Shown here: in pieces, positions 29,231 to 39,857 of the stretch | Position numbering within the stretch: the first letter of the stretch is position 1 | Layout of the letters: the number at the start of each line of letters is the position of its first letter | NCBI GenBank assembly: GCA_964291265.2 | Contig: OZ219747.1 | Coordinates: forward strand, 352,001-416,000 | Direction of reading: 5' to 3' | DNA: 64,000 nucleotides | DNA from: Alphaproteobacteria bacterium | Lineage (GTDB): Bacteria > Pseudomonadota > Alphaproteobacteria > SP197 | Notes under the pieces: model-generated | Databases searched by the model: none | The model's input: only the letters and a program-made list of their open reading frames with translations | What the model was told of the DNA's origin: nothing | Position numbers and translations under genes: made by a program

Positions 29231-29366
29231 TGCTGCCGGAGCGAGGGAGCGTGTTGTCGGCTTGCTCCGACGATCCTGTGGCGATGACCCTTGAACGGCA
29301 AGCGCGAACCCTCACGGAGTGCGCGTGGCGTGGTAGTCTGCCGAACGGCAAGCACGAAAGCACGTC

Positions 29367-30305
29367 ATGATCAGGATGAATGACAGGATCGCTGCGGGCG
29401 ACATCATCGTCATCGACGGAGGGATGGGTACCGAGCTCGAGCGTCATGGCGTGCCCATGCATGCCCGAACATGGGCGGGCGCGGCGTTGATCGAGTACCC
29501 CGATGCCGTGGTCGACATCCATGCCGACTTCATCCGCGCCGGAGCGGAGGTCATCATCACCAACACGTTCGCAGCCTCACCCCACATGCTCGAGGCGATG
29601 GGCCATGGCGAGAATGCCGAGACGATCATCCGTGGTTCCGTCGATCTCGCCAGGCGGGCGCGCGACCGGGTCGGCCGGGACGTCGCCATCGCAGGATCGA
29701 TCTCGACCATGGCGCCCGGCGGAGATCTCGCGGACCCCGGCAACCGTCATTCCGATGGCGAAATCGCCGACAGTCTGGGCCGCATGGCACGAGCGCTTGC
29801 CGACGGCGGCTGCGACGTGATTGCTCTGGAGATGATGCAGGACACGGTTCGCGCGCCCCTTGCCATGCTCTGCGCCAAGGAAACGGGCCTGCCGGTCTGG
29901 CTGGGTCTGACGTGCGCACGGGCGCGAGACGGCGACGATCTGGTCGCATTCGACTTTCCCGGGAACCGTCTTGCCGACATCGTGGCGGCAACGGTGCCGC
30001 TGGGGCCGGATCTCGTGTGCGTCATGCACAGCGATGTCGACGTCACAGGCGATGTCATCGATGCCGTGAAGCAGCACTGGAACGGCCCGCTCGGCGTCTA
30101 TCCCGAAGCGGGCTATTTCGAGATGCCGCACTGGCACTTCGTCGACGTGATCGCGCCCGATGCGCTGGTCGAGCGGGCCCGGGCCTGGGCGGGTCAAGGC
30201 GTGACAGTCTTCGGAGGTTGCTGTGGTCTCGGCCCGGAGCACATTGCCGCCCTGGACGATGCCCGCGAGAGTCTCGAGGCATGCCGCTCCCGTCACCTCG
30301 ACTGA
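29367..30305 (+). CDS. homocysteine S-methyltransferase family protein
   Basis: IDGGMGTEL, AGAEVIITNTF and GGCCG (Zn) motifs. Confidence 0.9.
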   Translation: MIRMNDRIAAGDIIVIDGGMGTELERHGVPMHARTWAGAALIEYPDAVVDIHADFIRAGAEVIITNTFAASPHMLEAMGHGENAETIIRGSVDLARRARDRVGRDVAIAGSISTMAPGGDLADPGNRHSDGEIADSLGRMARALADGGCDVIALEMMQDTVRAPLAMLCAKETGLPVWLGLTCARARDGDDLVAFDFPGNRLADIVAATVPLGPDLVCVMHSDVDVTGDVIDAVKQHWNGPLGVYPEAGYFEMPHWHFVDVIAPDALVERARAWAGQGVTVFGGCCGLGPEHIAALDDARESLEACRSRHLD

Positions 30306-30484
30306 GCAGGGCTGATGCGGGATGCGGCCTGGAACACAAGGGCGCTGACGCCAGCGACGTGACCCTGTCGCACCAGGCCGGCCCGGACTGGCAGGTTTTC
30401 ATGGTCCGATGGTCCCGCATGGCGCAGCGCGGTGAGCCGTTGCGAGTGGTGATGCGGGTTCGCCGTGGCAAGTCCTGCTGCCGG

Positions 30485-31144
30485 CTACTCTCGCGCAATG
30501 CGGCAGGGTCTCCATCCCTTCGACCAGTGTTCATCGGACTGGACATGGCCCTCGCGAACGCTCTTGCAGACGTTGAGGTGGAATTCGTCGGCCGGAAACG
30601 CGCTCGCCAGCCTGATGACCACGCCTTCCCGCTCTCCACCGAGCACCGATGGCTCCCCGTGGGCGAAGTGGATGAAGTCCTGCACATCGTCCACTGACCC
30701 GAACACGCCCTCATGGAGGACCGGAACCAGCGGCAGCGCTCGATTGCGCGCATACTCCATCAGTGCCTGGAACGAGGAAAACCATCCGTTGGCGAAACGA
30801 AGTGCGAAGGCATGGAAGGTGCTGTCCTCCGGCACGGGGTCGTAGTCGATGCTGTGCACACCATAGATGTCCTCGCCATAGAGAAAGACGTCCCGCTCCA
30901 GCACCTTCCAGGCATGGTGCTTTCGCACCATGGCCAGCCACTTGTCGACCGAAGGAGCCGAAACGCTGCGTCCGTACACCTCTCCCATGTGCAGGAGCGT
31001 GTTGCTGCCATCGAGCTTTTCGGTGACGACGACCGGCGTTCCGACAAACCGTGATGGATCGGCAAGATCCTTCTTGCCACGGCCTCTTGCAGGCGACTGC
31101 GGCCAGTAGGGAGTCCTCGGATACCTGGGGATGCAGCGTGTCAT
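30485..31144 (-). CDS. ATP-dependent RNA ligase family protein
   Basis: YPRTPY, motif I TEKLDGSN, motif III LYGE, motif IIIa FHAF, motif IV EGVVIR, motif V-like CKSV. Confidence 0.85.
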   Translation of the reverse strand: MTRCIPRYPRTPYWPQSPARGRGKKDLADPSRFVGTPVVVTEKLDGSNTLLHMGEVYGRSVSAPSVDKWLAMVRKHHAWKVLERDVFLYGEDIYGVHSIDYDPVPEDSTFHAFALRFANGWFSSFQALMEYARNRALPLVPVLHEGVFGSVDDVQDFIHFAHGEPSVLGGEREGVVIRLASAFPADEFHLNVCKSVREGHVQSDEHWSKGWRPCRIARE

Positions 31145-31147
31145 GAT

Positions 31148-31633
31148 CTATGAATCGCCGACCCTTGCGGAATGCTGCGGACACAGCTGCCGCAGCGTCA
31201 CGGCCAATCGATCCAGCAGTGCGCACTGCTCATGCCAGTCGCTGTCCGTTGCGTTGAGGATCACGCCACCGGCGACCAGCGCTGTAGCAAGGAACTTTCG
31301 ATCGGACCTGTCCAGATCATTTGCCGGCAATTCCTCGAATCCCCGGTCGTCATCGCTGCTCGGAGCAATTGACACGCGACGCACACGGGACGTGTCGTAC
31401 TGACGGTTGAAGACATGCTTGAAGAACTTGTCGCCTACTCCCTCGGCGCCTCCACTGTTCAGGTGTCTTGCGTATTCCCCGATGATGAGGCGGCGATCAT
31501 CGACAGCAACGATGCCGCGTGCACAAATGTCCTCCAGGACCTTCACACACACGAGCTGACATGGCAGGTCCGCATGTGTACGTCTCCTGTTCGCCGCAAT
31601 GGCAACGTTCGTGTCGACGACGCATGCCGTCAT
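31148..31633 (-). CDS. PIN-domain protein
   Basis: VVDTNV, IIGEY, DRSDRKFLATA and ATDSDW acidic PIN motifs. Confidence 0.8.
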   Translation of the reverse strand: MTACVVDTNVAIAANRRRTHADLPCQLVCVKVLEDICARGIVAVDDRRLIIGEYARHLNSGGAEGVGDKFFKHVFNRQYDTSRVRRVSIAPSSDDDRGFEELPANDLDRSDRKFLATALVAGGVILNATDSDWHEQCALLDRLAVTLRQLCPQHSARVGDS

Positions 31634-32994
31634 GGCGCGGTCTCGACCTGCCGTTCGAGGGACGCCTTGGCGATCGCTGCAATCTCGGACATTTCGTCTC
31701 CGAAGAACCGGGGAGGCCAGTTCTCGATCTCACCCCACTCATTGAGCTTGAGGTCGTTCAGCTCGGCGGCGCCGCGGCGTGTCTGGATGAAATAGAGTCT
31801 CAGGTCGCAGGACGGCACGCTTGCCTCGGCCGCACGCCGCTGAAAGCGGCGAAGCAGATGTTCGCTGTGGCTTTCCACGATGATCTGCACGCGCCGATGC
31901 CGGGCGACTGCCAGCATCACGTCCGCAAGCTCGCTCTGGACGGATGGATGCAGGTGTATCTCCGGCTGTTCCATCATCACGATGGAGCCTTCTGGCACGT
32001 AGTAGAGGAGCACGAGAACCGGCAGCACCTGGGAAACGCCGAAGCCGACGTCCGTCAATGTCGTCTCGGGGCTGTTTCGATGCGTTCGCACACAGGCCTG
32101 GTAGAGATTTGTCCCCGATCCGATTTCCCTGATCTCGAACGCTTGGATCATGCCCAGCCTGACCAGCCAGTGGGCGATCATTTCCTGGAACTTCATGAGC
32201 CGCCTGCGCGGCCCCAGATTGCGCACTTCGCCTTGCGCGGTCGCCGCCAGGATGGCGTCGATGGTGTTTTCTCCGCTTGGCCCCACGTCAGCGGGACTGG
32301 CCCCTGACCAACGGTACTCGCGCCGTGGATGCTCCCGCAGCGGACCAAGATAGAAGATCCTGTCCATCAGGGCTTCGTATTCGGCCTCGAAGTCGCTCAG
32401 GAAACCGGTGTTCTGAAAGTACGTGAGAGCCTGATCGGGAAAGAGGTGTGTCTTGACCGGTCCCGGCAACGCCCAGCCCCGCCCCTGGTTGCGCACGAAC
32501 TTCAAGGCATGGGGGCCGTTGGACCTGAGTTCGAATTCACGGGAACTCCCGTCCTTGGGCTCGATGGAAAAACTGGTGTCGGCAAAGCCGTACTCCACGC
32601 GGCGCGCCGAAAGGCCCGAATCCTCCAGACCGACTCGAGCGCCCTCCCGCAACCTCTCCCCTGTGAAGAGCACATCCTTGCGGCGCCCGCTCGGGTCGTG
32701 GACCCTGAGAGGAGCAGGGAGACCCCAATCCAGCGTCCAGACGATGTCTGCCGACTGCTCGCCCCGATGCACGATGGCCTTGTAGGCCCCCAGGTTGACC
32801 AGCTGGTTCGGCCCGCCAAAGTCCAGGACGAGGCGCCGGTCCGTGGCATTCTTCGTCTGCTTCAGCAGCAGAAGGAACTGCAGAACACTGCTCTTGCCTG
32901 AGCTGTTCTCGCCGAAGAGACCGGTCACCTTGCCGAATGACACGTCCAGCTTGCGCCACGCCTTGAAGTTCGTGACTTCAAGATGGTTCAGCAT
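31630..32994 (-). CDS. ABC-type (AAA_15/AAA_21, DUF3696-like) ATPase
   Basis: NFKAW, Walker A GENSSGKSS, YLGPLR, DVGFGVSQVLP, Walker B MEQPEIHLHP, ESHSEH; no TM segments. Confidence 0.88.
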   Translation of the reverse strand: MLNHLEVTNFKAWRKLDVSFGKVTGLFGENSSGKSSVLQFLLLLKQTKNATDRRLVLDFGGPNQLVNLGAYKAIVHRGEQSADIVWTLDWGLPAPLRVHDPSGRRKDVLFTGERLREGARVGLEDSGLSARRVEYGFADTSFSIEPKDGSSREFELRSNGPHALKFVRNQGRGWALPGPVKTHLFPDQALTYFQNTGFLSDFEAEYEALMDRIFYLGPLREHPRREYRWSGASPADVGPSGENTIDAILAATAQGEVRNLGPRRRLMKFQEMIAHWLVRLGMIQAFEIREIGSGTNLYQACVRTHRNSPETTLTDVGFGVSQVLPVLVLLYYVPEGSIVMMEQPEIHLHPSVQSELADVMLAVARHRRVQIIVESHSEHLLRRFQRRAAEASVPSCDLRLYFIQTRRGAAELNDLKLNEWGEIENWPPRFFGDEMSEIAAIAKASLERQVETAP

Positions 32995-33368
32995 CGCTCG
33001 CTCTCCCTGCCTTCGCATCCTGTCGGAAACCGGACCCCGAGGACCGGCGCGTCAAGGACATCCGCCGCCAGTATCGGGCAAGGGAACCCGGCCGCCGGGT
33101 CGTCAAACGGCCTGACGCGCGCTGCAGGAGATCAGGCACACCGTGCAGGCCCGACTCTCGCTCCTGCCTGACAAGGATGCAAGATGCCTGCGGCCACCGG
33201 TTCGTCTCGCTCGAACGCCCAGGCCAGTGCGCACAGTGTCAGTCCGGCGCCATCGTGGTCAGGCAATCCGTCCTGCGGGACGTGACGTTCATCTGCCGCC
33301 GCGCGGCTCGATGACGGCGCAACGGGCGCCGGGTTTGCAGGAAACGGCTTCCCGGGACGCAAGGGGCC

Positions 33369-33414
33369 TTGACATCGGCGACTTCGCAAACCATACAGTA
33401 CCAGAATCGTCCTG
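33369..33414 (+). promoter_or_regulatory. putative suf promoter with candidate Rrf2 operator
   Basis: TTGACA at 33369, 17-nt spacer, weak -10 CATACA; imperfect inverted repeat CAGTAC-N7-GTCCTG at 33396-33414. Confidence 0.45.
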
Positions 33415-33429
33415 ATTGGGCAGGTCTCC

Positions 33430-33870
33430 ATGATCCGATTGTCCCGCATGACAGACTACGGTGTCGTCGTCATGACCTACATGGCGTGGCACGGGAACGA
33501 GACACGCTCCGCGCACCAGGTGGCCACGGCCACCGGTCTGCCGGAAGCCACGGCCGGCAAGCTCCTCAAGCTCTTCGCCCGCGCCGGCCTCCTGAAGAGC
33601 CGGCGTGGCGCCCGTGGCGGGTACATCCTGACCTCGAGCCCGGAGGAGATCTCCCTTGCCCGTGTCGTCGAGGCTGTCGAGGGTCCGATCGCACTCACCC
33701 TGTGCGTCGACGACCACCCCGGTCACTGCGATGTCGAATCGCTGTGCCCCATGCGCGGAGGCTGGAACCAGATCAACACCGCACTGCGCGACGCCTTCGA
33801 GGGCGTCTCCCTTGCCGCGATGACCGCACCCCTGATCCCCCTTGCGGGGCTTCGGCAGCTGGAGGCCTGA
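33430..33870 (+). CDS. SUF system Rrf2-family regulator
   Basis: MIRLSRMTDYG, SRRGARGGY, VEGPIALTLC; three Cys. Confidence 0.9.
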   Translation: MIRLSRMTDYGVVVMTYMAWHGNETRSAHQVATATGLPEATAGKLLKLFARAGLLKSRRGARGGYILTSSPEEISLARVVEAVEGPIALTLCVDDHPGHCDVESLCPMRGGWNQINTALRDAFEGVSLAAMTAPLIPLAGLRQLEA

Positions 33871-33873
33871 CCC

Positions 33874-35334
33874 ATGGCCATCGTTCAGGAAACCATCGAT
33901 GCCGTCCACGAGGCCACCGGCGCCTACAAGCACGGATTCGTCACCGACATCGAGACCGAAAGGGCTCCCGAGGGACTCTCGGAAGAGACCATACGCTTCA
34001 TCTCGGCCAAGAAGGAGGAGCCCGACTGGCTTCTCGCGTGGCGCCTCGAGGCCTACCGCCACTGGCTCACCATGAAGGAGCCCGTGTGGGCGAAGGTCGG
34101 CTATGCGCCGATCGACTACCAGGCGAGTTCCTACTACGCCGCGCCGAAGTCGGCCGCCGACGGGCCGACGAGCCTGGACGACGTCGACCCCGAACTCCTC
34201 GAGACCTATGCCAAGCTCGGCATCCCGCTGAAGGAGCAGGAGGTCCTGTCAGGAGTGCGCAACGTCGCCGTCGACGCCGTCTTCGACAGCGTTTCGGTGG
34301 CCACGACCTTCCGCGAGCGCCTGGAGAAGGACGGCATTCTCTTCTGTTCGATCTCGGACGCCGTGAGGGAGCATCCGGACCTGGTCCGCCAGTACCTGGG
34401 TTCCGTGGTGCCCGTCACCGACAACTTCTTTGCCACGCTCAATTCGGCGGTCTTCACCGACGGGTCGTTCTGCTACATCCCGCCCGGTACGCGCTGCCCG
34501 ATGGAGCTCTCCACCTACTTCCGCATCAACGCCTCCCAGACAGGCCAGTTCGAACGCACCCTCGTGATCGCCGACAAGGGGAGCTACGTCAGCTACCTGG
34601 AGGGCTGCACCGCGCCGCAGAGGGACGAGAACCAGCTGCACGCCGCCGTGGTCGAGCTGGTGGCCCTCGACGATGCCGAGATCAAGTACTCGACGGTGCA
34701 GAACTGGTACCCCGGCGACGCGGAGGGCCAGGGCGGCATCTACAACTTCGTCACCAAGCGGGGGCTGTGCGAGAAGCGGGCCAGGATCTCGTGGACCCAG
34801 GTGGAAACCGGATCCGCCATCACCTGGAAGTATCCCAGCTGCGTCCTCAAGGGTGATGACAGTGTCGGCGAGTTCTACTCCGTCGCCATCACCAACAATC
34901 GCCAGCAGGCCGATACCGGAACGAAGATGCTCCACGTCGGCAAGAACACCCGGAGCAGGGTGATCGCGAAGGGAGTGTCCGCCGGCCATTCGCAGAGCAC
35001 CTACCGCGGCCGCATCCGCGTCAACCCCATGGCCCACGGCGCCAGGAACTACACCCAGTGCGATTCGCTGCTGATCGGAGACGAGTGCGCCGCCCACACC
35101 GTTCCCTACATCGAGACGCGCAACCAGAGCGCCCAGGTCGAGCACGAGGCCACGACATCGAAGGTGTCGGAGGACCAGCTCTTCTACTGCCGCCAGCGCG
35201 GCATCCCGGAAGAGGAGGCCCTCACCCTGATCATCAACGGCTTCTGCCGCGAGGTACTCCAGGAACTGCCGATGGAGTTCGCCGTCGAAGCCCAGAAACT
35301 CGTCGGCATCAGCCTCGAAGGCAGCGTGGGATGA
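33874..35334 (+). CDS. sufB: Fe-S cluster assembly protein SufB
   Basis: [26 protein letters not shown] and LPMEFAVEA motifs. Confidence 0.97.
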   Translation: MAIVQETIDAVHEATGAYKHGFVTDIETERAPEGLSEETIRFISAKKEEPDWLLAWRLEAYRHWLTMKEPVWAKVGYAPIDYQASSYYAAPKSAADGPTSLDDVDPELLETYAKLGIPLKEQEVLSGVRNVAVDAVFDSVSVATTFRERLEKDGILFCSISDAVREHPDLVRQYLGSVVPVTDNFFATLNSAVFTDGSFCYIPPGTRCPMELSTYFRINASQTGQFERTLVIADKGSYVSYLEGCTAPQRDENQLHAAVVELVALDDAEIKYSTVQNWYPGDAEGQGGIYNFVTKRGLCEKRARISWTQVETGSAITWKYPSCVLKGDDSVGEFYSVAITNNRQQADTGTKMLHVGKNTRSRVIAKGVSAGHSQSTYRGRIRVNPMAHGARNYTQCDSLLIGDECAAHTVPYIETRNQSAQVEHEATTSKVSEDQLFYCRQRGIPEEEALTLIINGFCREVLQELPMEFAVEAQKLVGISLEGSVG

Positions 35335-35354
35335 CGATGGCAAAGGAAGCCGCC

Positions 35355-36107
35355 ATGACCCTGCTTTCCATCAAGGACCTCCGCGTTGCCGTGGAGGGCG
35401 AGGAGATCCTCAAGGGCATCAACCTCTCGGTCGGCATGGGCGAGGTCCATGCCATCATGGGCCCCAACGGATCGGGCAAGTCGACGCTCTCCCACGTTCT
35501 CGCCGGCCGCGGCGGCTACGAGGTGACCGCAGGCCAGGTTCTCTACAGGGGAGAGGATCTCCTGGAGATGGAGCCCGAGGAGAGGGCCCAGTCGGGGGTT
35601 TTCCTTGCCTTCCAGTATCCGGTGGAGATTCCCGGTGTGCCAACCGTCAGCTTTCTCAAGCACGCCATGAATTCGGTGCGCAAGGCGCGTGGTCAGAGCG
35701 GCCTCGACGCCTTCGAGTTCAAGAAGATCATGGATGCCCGGCTGGCGGACCTGCGGATCGACAACGCCATGGTGCGCCGGCCGCTCAACGCCGGATTTTC
35801 CGGTGGCGAGAAGAAGCGCATGGAAATTCTCCAGATGGCGTTGCTGGAACCGACGCTCACCATTCTCGACGAGACCGATTCCGGTCTCGACATCGATGCC
35901 CTCAGGGTTGTGGCCGACGGTGTCAATGCCATGCGCTCACCGGAGCGCGCCGCGCTTGTCATCACCCACTACCAGCGCCTGCTGAACCACATCATTCCGG
36001 ATCACGTGCACGTCCTTGCCGGAGGCCGGATCGTCAGGAGCGGAGATCCGTCGCTCGCCCTCGAGCTCGAGGAGAGCGGTTACGGCGATCTTGTGACGGC
36101 GGCCTGA
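35355..36107 (+). CDS. sufC: Fe-S cluster assembly ATPase SufC
   Basis: GPNGSGKST, FQYPVEIPGV, FSGGEKKR, DETDSGLDID; alternative start at 35331. Confidence 0.96.
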   Translation: MTLLSIKDLRVAVEGEEILKGINLSVGMGEVHAIMGPNGSGKSTLSHVLAGRGGYEVTAGQVLYRGEDLLEMEPEERAQSGVFLAFQYPVEIPGVPTVSFLKHAMNSVRKARGQSGLDAFEFKKIMDARLADLRIDNAMVRRPLNAGFSGGEKKRMEILQMALLEPTLTILDETDSGLDIDALRVVADGVNAMRSPERAALVITHYQRLLNHIIPDHVHVLAGGRIVRSGDPSLALELEESGYGDLVTAA

Positions 36108-36110
36108 CCC

Positions 36111-37373
36111 ATGACCGGTGAACCGACTGGCCTGCTCCATGCCGGCGATGCGGCGACCCTTCCCGGCGCCGGCAACACGTGGATCGATTCGCTGCGCCAG
36201 GCCGGCGCCCGGAGGTTCTCCGGTCTGGGCCTGCCGACGCGCAAGGTCGAGGACTGGAAGTACACCGATCTCAGGGCGCTCTCCGGATCGAGCTGGGACC
36301 GTGCCTTCGAACCCGCGGATCCGGTGGAGACCGGGGAGGACGCCTCAGCGGTTCTCGTCAACGGCTGCTGGGGGAAGGGCAACCGGGCGTTGCCGGACGG
36401 TGTCGAACTGATCTCCCTGGCCCGTGCCATCGAGGACGAGGACGATGTCGTCAGGCGCCATCTCGGCAGCGTCGCGAATCTCGCGCGCAAGCACTTCGTC
36501 GCCCTCAACACCGCCTGGCTCGCCGACGGGCTGGTCCTCAAGGCGGCCGATGGCGTCGCGGTCGACGAACCGCTCCGCATCACCCTTGCCGGGGCGCCCG
36601 GCGCCCGGCGCCTGGCATGGCATCCGCGCAACCTCATCGTGCTGGGGCGCGAGGCATCGCTCACCCTCATCGTCCGTCACGTCGGCGCCGGGGACTACCT
36701 TGCCAACCTGGTCGAGGAGATCGTGCTGGACCGCGGATCCCGGTTGCGTCACTACCGGGTGCAGAACGACTCGCCCGATGCCGTCCATGTCTCGACCACG
36801 GAAGTGAAGGTCGCCGGCGATGCCGCCTACGAGAGCTTCGTGCTGGCGACGGGAGCCGGTGTGGGGCGCAACCAGATTGCCGTCGAACTCGGCGAACCCG
36901 GCGCTTCGGTCCGCCTGGACGGCGCCTGCCTGGGCCGCCGCCGCCAGCAGCTCGACACCACCACCGTCATCGACCATGCGGCGCCACACTGCACCAGCCG
37001 CGAGGCCTACCGCTACATCCTCGACGACAGTGCGAAGGGCATATTCCAGGGGCGGGTCACCGTGCGCAAGCATGCAGGCGACACCGACAGCCACCAGTCC
37101 AGCAAGACCCTGCTTCTCTCCGGCAGGGCCGGGGTCGACGCCAAGCCGGAACTGGAAATCTATGCCGACGAGGTCAGTTGCGGGCACGGGGCGACGGTCG
37201 GCGAGATCGATCGGGACGCTTTGTTCTACCTGCGCAGCCGGGGCATCCCCCTCGACGACGCGCGCGACCTCCTTGTCGGCGCCTTCATCGAAGGAGCCCT
37301 GGAGACCATTGGATCACCGGTGGCACAGGAGCTCTTCCGTGATCACGCCATGGCCTGGAGGAAACGGGCATGA
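36111..37373 (+). CDS. sufD: Fe-S cluster assembly protein SufD
   Basis: PTRKVEDWKYT, KPELEIYAD, HGATVG and FYLRSRGI motifs. Confidence 0.95.
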   Translation: MTGEPTGLLHAGDAATLPGAGNTWIDSLRQAGARRFSGLGLPTRKVEDWKYTDLRALSGSSWDRAFEPADPVETGEDASAVLVNGCWGKGNRALPDGVELISLARAIEDEDDVVRRHLGSVANLARKHFVALNTAWLADGLVLKAADGVAVDEPLRITLAGAPGARRLAWHPRNLIVLGREASLTLIVRHVGAGDYLANLVEEIVLDRGSRLRHYRVQNDSPDAVHVSTTEVKVAGDAAYESFVLATGAGVGRNQIAVELGEPGASVRLDGACLGRRRQQLDTTTVIDHAAPHCTSREAYRYILDDSAKGIFQGRVTVRKHAGDTDSHQSSKTLLLSGRAGVDAKPELEIYADEVSCGHGATVGEIDRDALFYLRSRGIPLDDARDLLVGAFIEGALETIGSPVAQELFRDHAMAWRKRA

Positions 37374-38623
37374 CGATGGCCGCGGCCCTCGCCCCGGACG
37401 GCATCGCCTTCGACACCTCGCTGGTGCGCGCCGACTTTCCCATACTCTCGCGCCAGGTGCGCGGGCGCCCGCTGGTCTATCTCGACAGCGCCGCCAGCGC
37501 CCAGAAGCCGCGCCAGGTCATCGACGCCGAACGCCGCCTCTACGAAGAGGAGTACGCGAATGTCCATCGCGGCGTGCACTGGCTCTCCCAATCGGCGACC
37601 GAGAGGTTCGAGGAGGCGCGAACAGCGGTCCGCCGCTTCATCAATGCCGCATCGGACAGGGAAGTGGTGTTCGTGCGCGGCGGCACCGAAGGCATCAACC
37701 TGGTGGCGCAGAGCTGGGGTCGGACGAACCTCGAGGAAGGCGACAGGATCCTGGTCTCGACTCTCGAGCACCACGCGAACATCGTGCCGTGGCACCTGCT
37801 GGCCGTCGAGAGAGGACTCGAGGTCGAGGCGATTCCGATCTTCGACGACGGCCAGATCGACATGGACGCCTATCGCCGCCTGCTTGACCGTCCGGTGAAA
37901 CTGGTGGCCCTGACACAGATGTCCAACGCGCTCGGTGTCATCACGCCTGCTGCCGAGATGATCCGCCTGGCCCACGATGCCGGCGCCAGGGTCATGCTGG
38001 ACAGTTGCCAGGCGATCAGCCACGGCACGGTGGATGTCCAGGCGCTGGATTGCGATTTCATGGTCTTCTCCGGCCACAAGATCTACGGACCCACGGGCAT
38101 CGGCGTCCTCCACGGCAAGGCCGAACTTCTCGAGTCGATGCCGCCCTGGCAGGGCGGCGGCGAGATGATCGCCCGGGTCACCCTGGAGCGCTCGACCTTC
38201 AAGGGAATCCCCCACCGCTTCGAGGCCGGCACCCCGGCGATCGCCCAGGCCGTCGGGCTCAAGGCCGCCCTCGACTACGTCACCTCTCTCGGCATGGAGA
38301 GAATCGCCGAACACGAGGCCATGCTGCATGACCTCGCCGTGGAACGTCTGTCGGCCGTCGAGGGTCTCACCATGCTGGGCGCCCATCCCGCGAGGGCGGC
38401 CATCGTCTCCTTCAATCTGGATGGCATCCACCCCCACGACGTCGGCACCATCGTCGATCACGAAGGCGTGGCGGTGCGCGTCGGTCACCACTGCGCCCAA
38501 CCCCTGATGGACCGTTTCGATGTCGCCGCCACGGTCCGCGCCTCATTCGCCCTCTACAACACCGCCGACGAGGTCGACGCTCTCGTGGCCGCGCTGCAAC
38601 AGACGAGGAGCCTGTTTTCGTGA
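37370..38623 (+). CDS. sufS: cysteine desulfurase
   Basis: YLDSAASAQKP, SGHKIYGPTG and RVGHHCAQP motifs. Confidence 0.95.
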   Translation: MTMAAALAPDGIAFDTSLVRADFPILSRQVRGRPLVYLDSAASAQKPRQVIDAERRLYEEEYANVHRGVHWLSQSATERFEEARTAVRRFINAASDREVVFVRGGTEGINLVAQSWGRTNLEEGDRILVSTLEHHANIVPWHLLAVERGLEVEAIPIFDDGQIDMDAYRRLLDRPVKLVALTQMSNALGVITPAAEMIRLAHDAGARVMLDSCQAISHGTVDVQALDCDFMVFSGHKIYGPTGIGVLHGKAELLESMPPWQGGGEMIARVTLERSTFKGIPHRFEAGTPAIAQAVGLKAALDYVTSLGMERIAEHEAMLHDLAVERLSAVEGLTMLGAHPARAAIVSFNLDGIHPHDVGTIVDHEGVAVRVGHHCAQPLMDRFDVAATVRASFALYNTADEVDALVAALQQTRSLFS

Positions 38624-39072
38624 TGGACGATCTGCGCGAGCTCTACCAGGAGGTGATTCTCGATCATGGCAGGCACCCGAGGAACTGCCGTCGGGTGGAG
38701 AATCACAGCCACGAGGCGGAGGGCGACAACCCGATGTGCGGCGATCGCCTGTCGGTCTACCTCAGAATCGACGAGGACGGGACCATCCAGGACGCCGCCT
38801 TCCAGGGACGCGGCTGCGCCATTTCCATCGCCTCGGCCTCGATCATGACGGAGATGCTTCCGGGCCTGAACGAGGCCGACGCGCGACGCCTCTTCGACGA
38901 GTTCCACCTGCTCGTCACGGGCCAGGACATCAACGGAAGTGATGCAGGCCTCGACAAGCTGATCGTCATGTCGGGCGTGCGCAACTTTCCTGTGCGGGTC
39001 AAGTGCGCAACACTCGCCTGGCATGCGATGACGGCCGCCATGGACGGCGAGGCCAGGGCAACGACGGAGTAG
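38623..39072 (+). CDS. sufU: SUF system NifU-like protein
   Basis: LYQEVILDH, NPMCGD, GCAISIAS and RVKCATLAW motifs. Confidence 0.92.
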   Translation: MDDLRELYQEVILDHGRHPRNCRRVENHSHEAEGDNPMCGDRLSVYLRIDEDGTIQDAAFQGRGCAISIASASIMTEMLPGLNEADARRLFDEFHLLVTGQDINGSDAGLDKLIVMSGVRNFPVRVKCATLAWHAMTAAMDGEARATTE

Positions 39073-39075
39073 ACC

Positions 39076-39480
39076 ATGCAATCCGACAAGCCAGAGGGGG
39101 TGGCCTCCACCAGCCTCCACGAGAGTTGGACACCCGAGACGGAGATCGATCCCCGCAGCATTCCCCAGGAGGAAGGTGAACCGCTCATCGGCGACATCGT
39201 CGACTCGATACGCACGGTCTATGATCCGGAGATTCCGGTGAACATCTACGATCTGGGTCTCGTCTATGCTATCGATTCCAGACCTGACGGCTCCGTGCGC
39301 ATCGAGATGACGCTCACCACGCCGGGTTGTCCGGTAGCGGAGGACATACCCGTGTGGATACGCGATGCGGTGTCGAAGGTGGAAGGCGCGAAGGATGTCG
39401 CTGTCGACATCGTCTGGGACCCTCCCTGGGATCCGTCGATGATGTCGGACTACGCAAGGATCGAACTGGGCTTCTACTGA
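39076..39480 (+). CDS. sufT: DUF59 Fe-S assembly protein
   Basis: VYDPEIPVNIYDLGL, TLTTPGCPVA and WDPPW motifs. Confidence 0.88.
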   Translation: MQSDKPEGVASTSLHESWTPETEIDPRSIPQEEGEPLIGDIVDSIRTVYDPEIPVNIYDLGLVYAIDSRPDGSVRIEMTLTTPGCPVAEDIPVWIRDAVSKVEGAKDVAVDIVWDPPWDPSMMSDYARIELGFY

Positions 39481-39512
39481 GCCCTGACCCAAGGACTGGA
39501 GAGGAAGCAACC

Positions 39513-39857
39513 ATGTTCGCAACTCCCGGCAAGGATCTCATGACCCTGACCGACCGCGCCGCCGAGCGAGTGAAGGCGCTGATGCGCCTCAACGAGAAGG
39601 CGATCGGTCTCAAGGTCGGAATCAAGATGGCCGGATGCAGCGGCTTCTCCTACACGATGGACTATGCCGAGGAAGAAACCGGCCGGGAGGACACGATCGA
39701 ATCGAAGGGTGTCAGGCTCTTCATCGATCCTGCCGCTTCCATGTTCCTGCTCGGCACCGAGCTCGACTGGCACGAGGACCGGCTGGAAAGCCGTTTCGTC
39801 TTCAACAATCCGAACGTGAAGGGCATGTGCGGTTGCGGTGAATCGTTCACCGTGTGA
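39513..39857 (+). CDS. sufA: A-type Fe-S carrier (SufA/IscA)
   Basis: GCSGFSY, FNNPN and CGCGESF motifs. Confidence 0.88.
   Translation: MFATPGKDLMTLTDRAAERVKALMRLNEKAIGLKVGIKMAGCSGFSYTMDYAEEETGREDTIESKGVRLFIDPAASMFLLGTELDWHEDRLESRFVFNNPNVKGMCGCGESFTV

Noticed and set aside
28620-29360. Riboswitch or ncRNA (SAM, cobalamin, 6S, tmRNA) upstream of the methyltransferase
   Set aside because: No consensus motifs recognised; the region is better explained as an OCD-family pseudogene.
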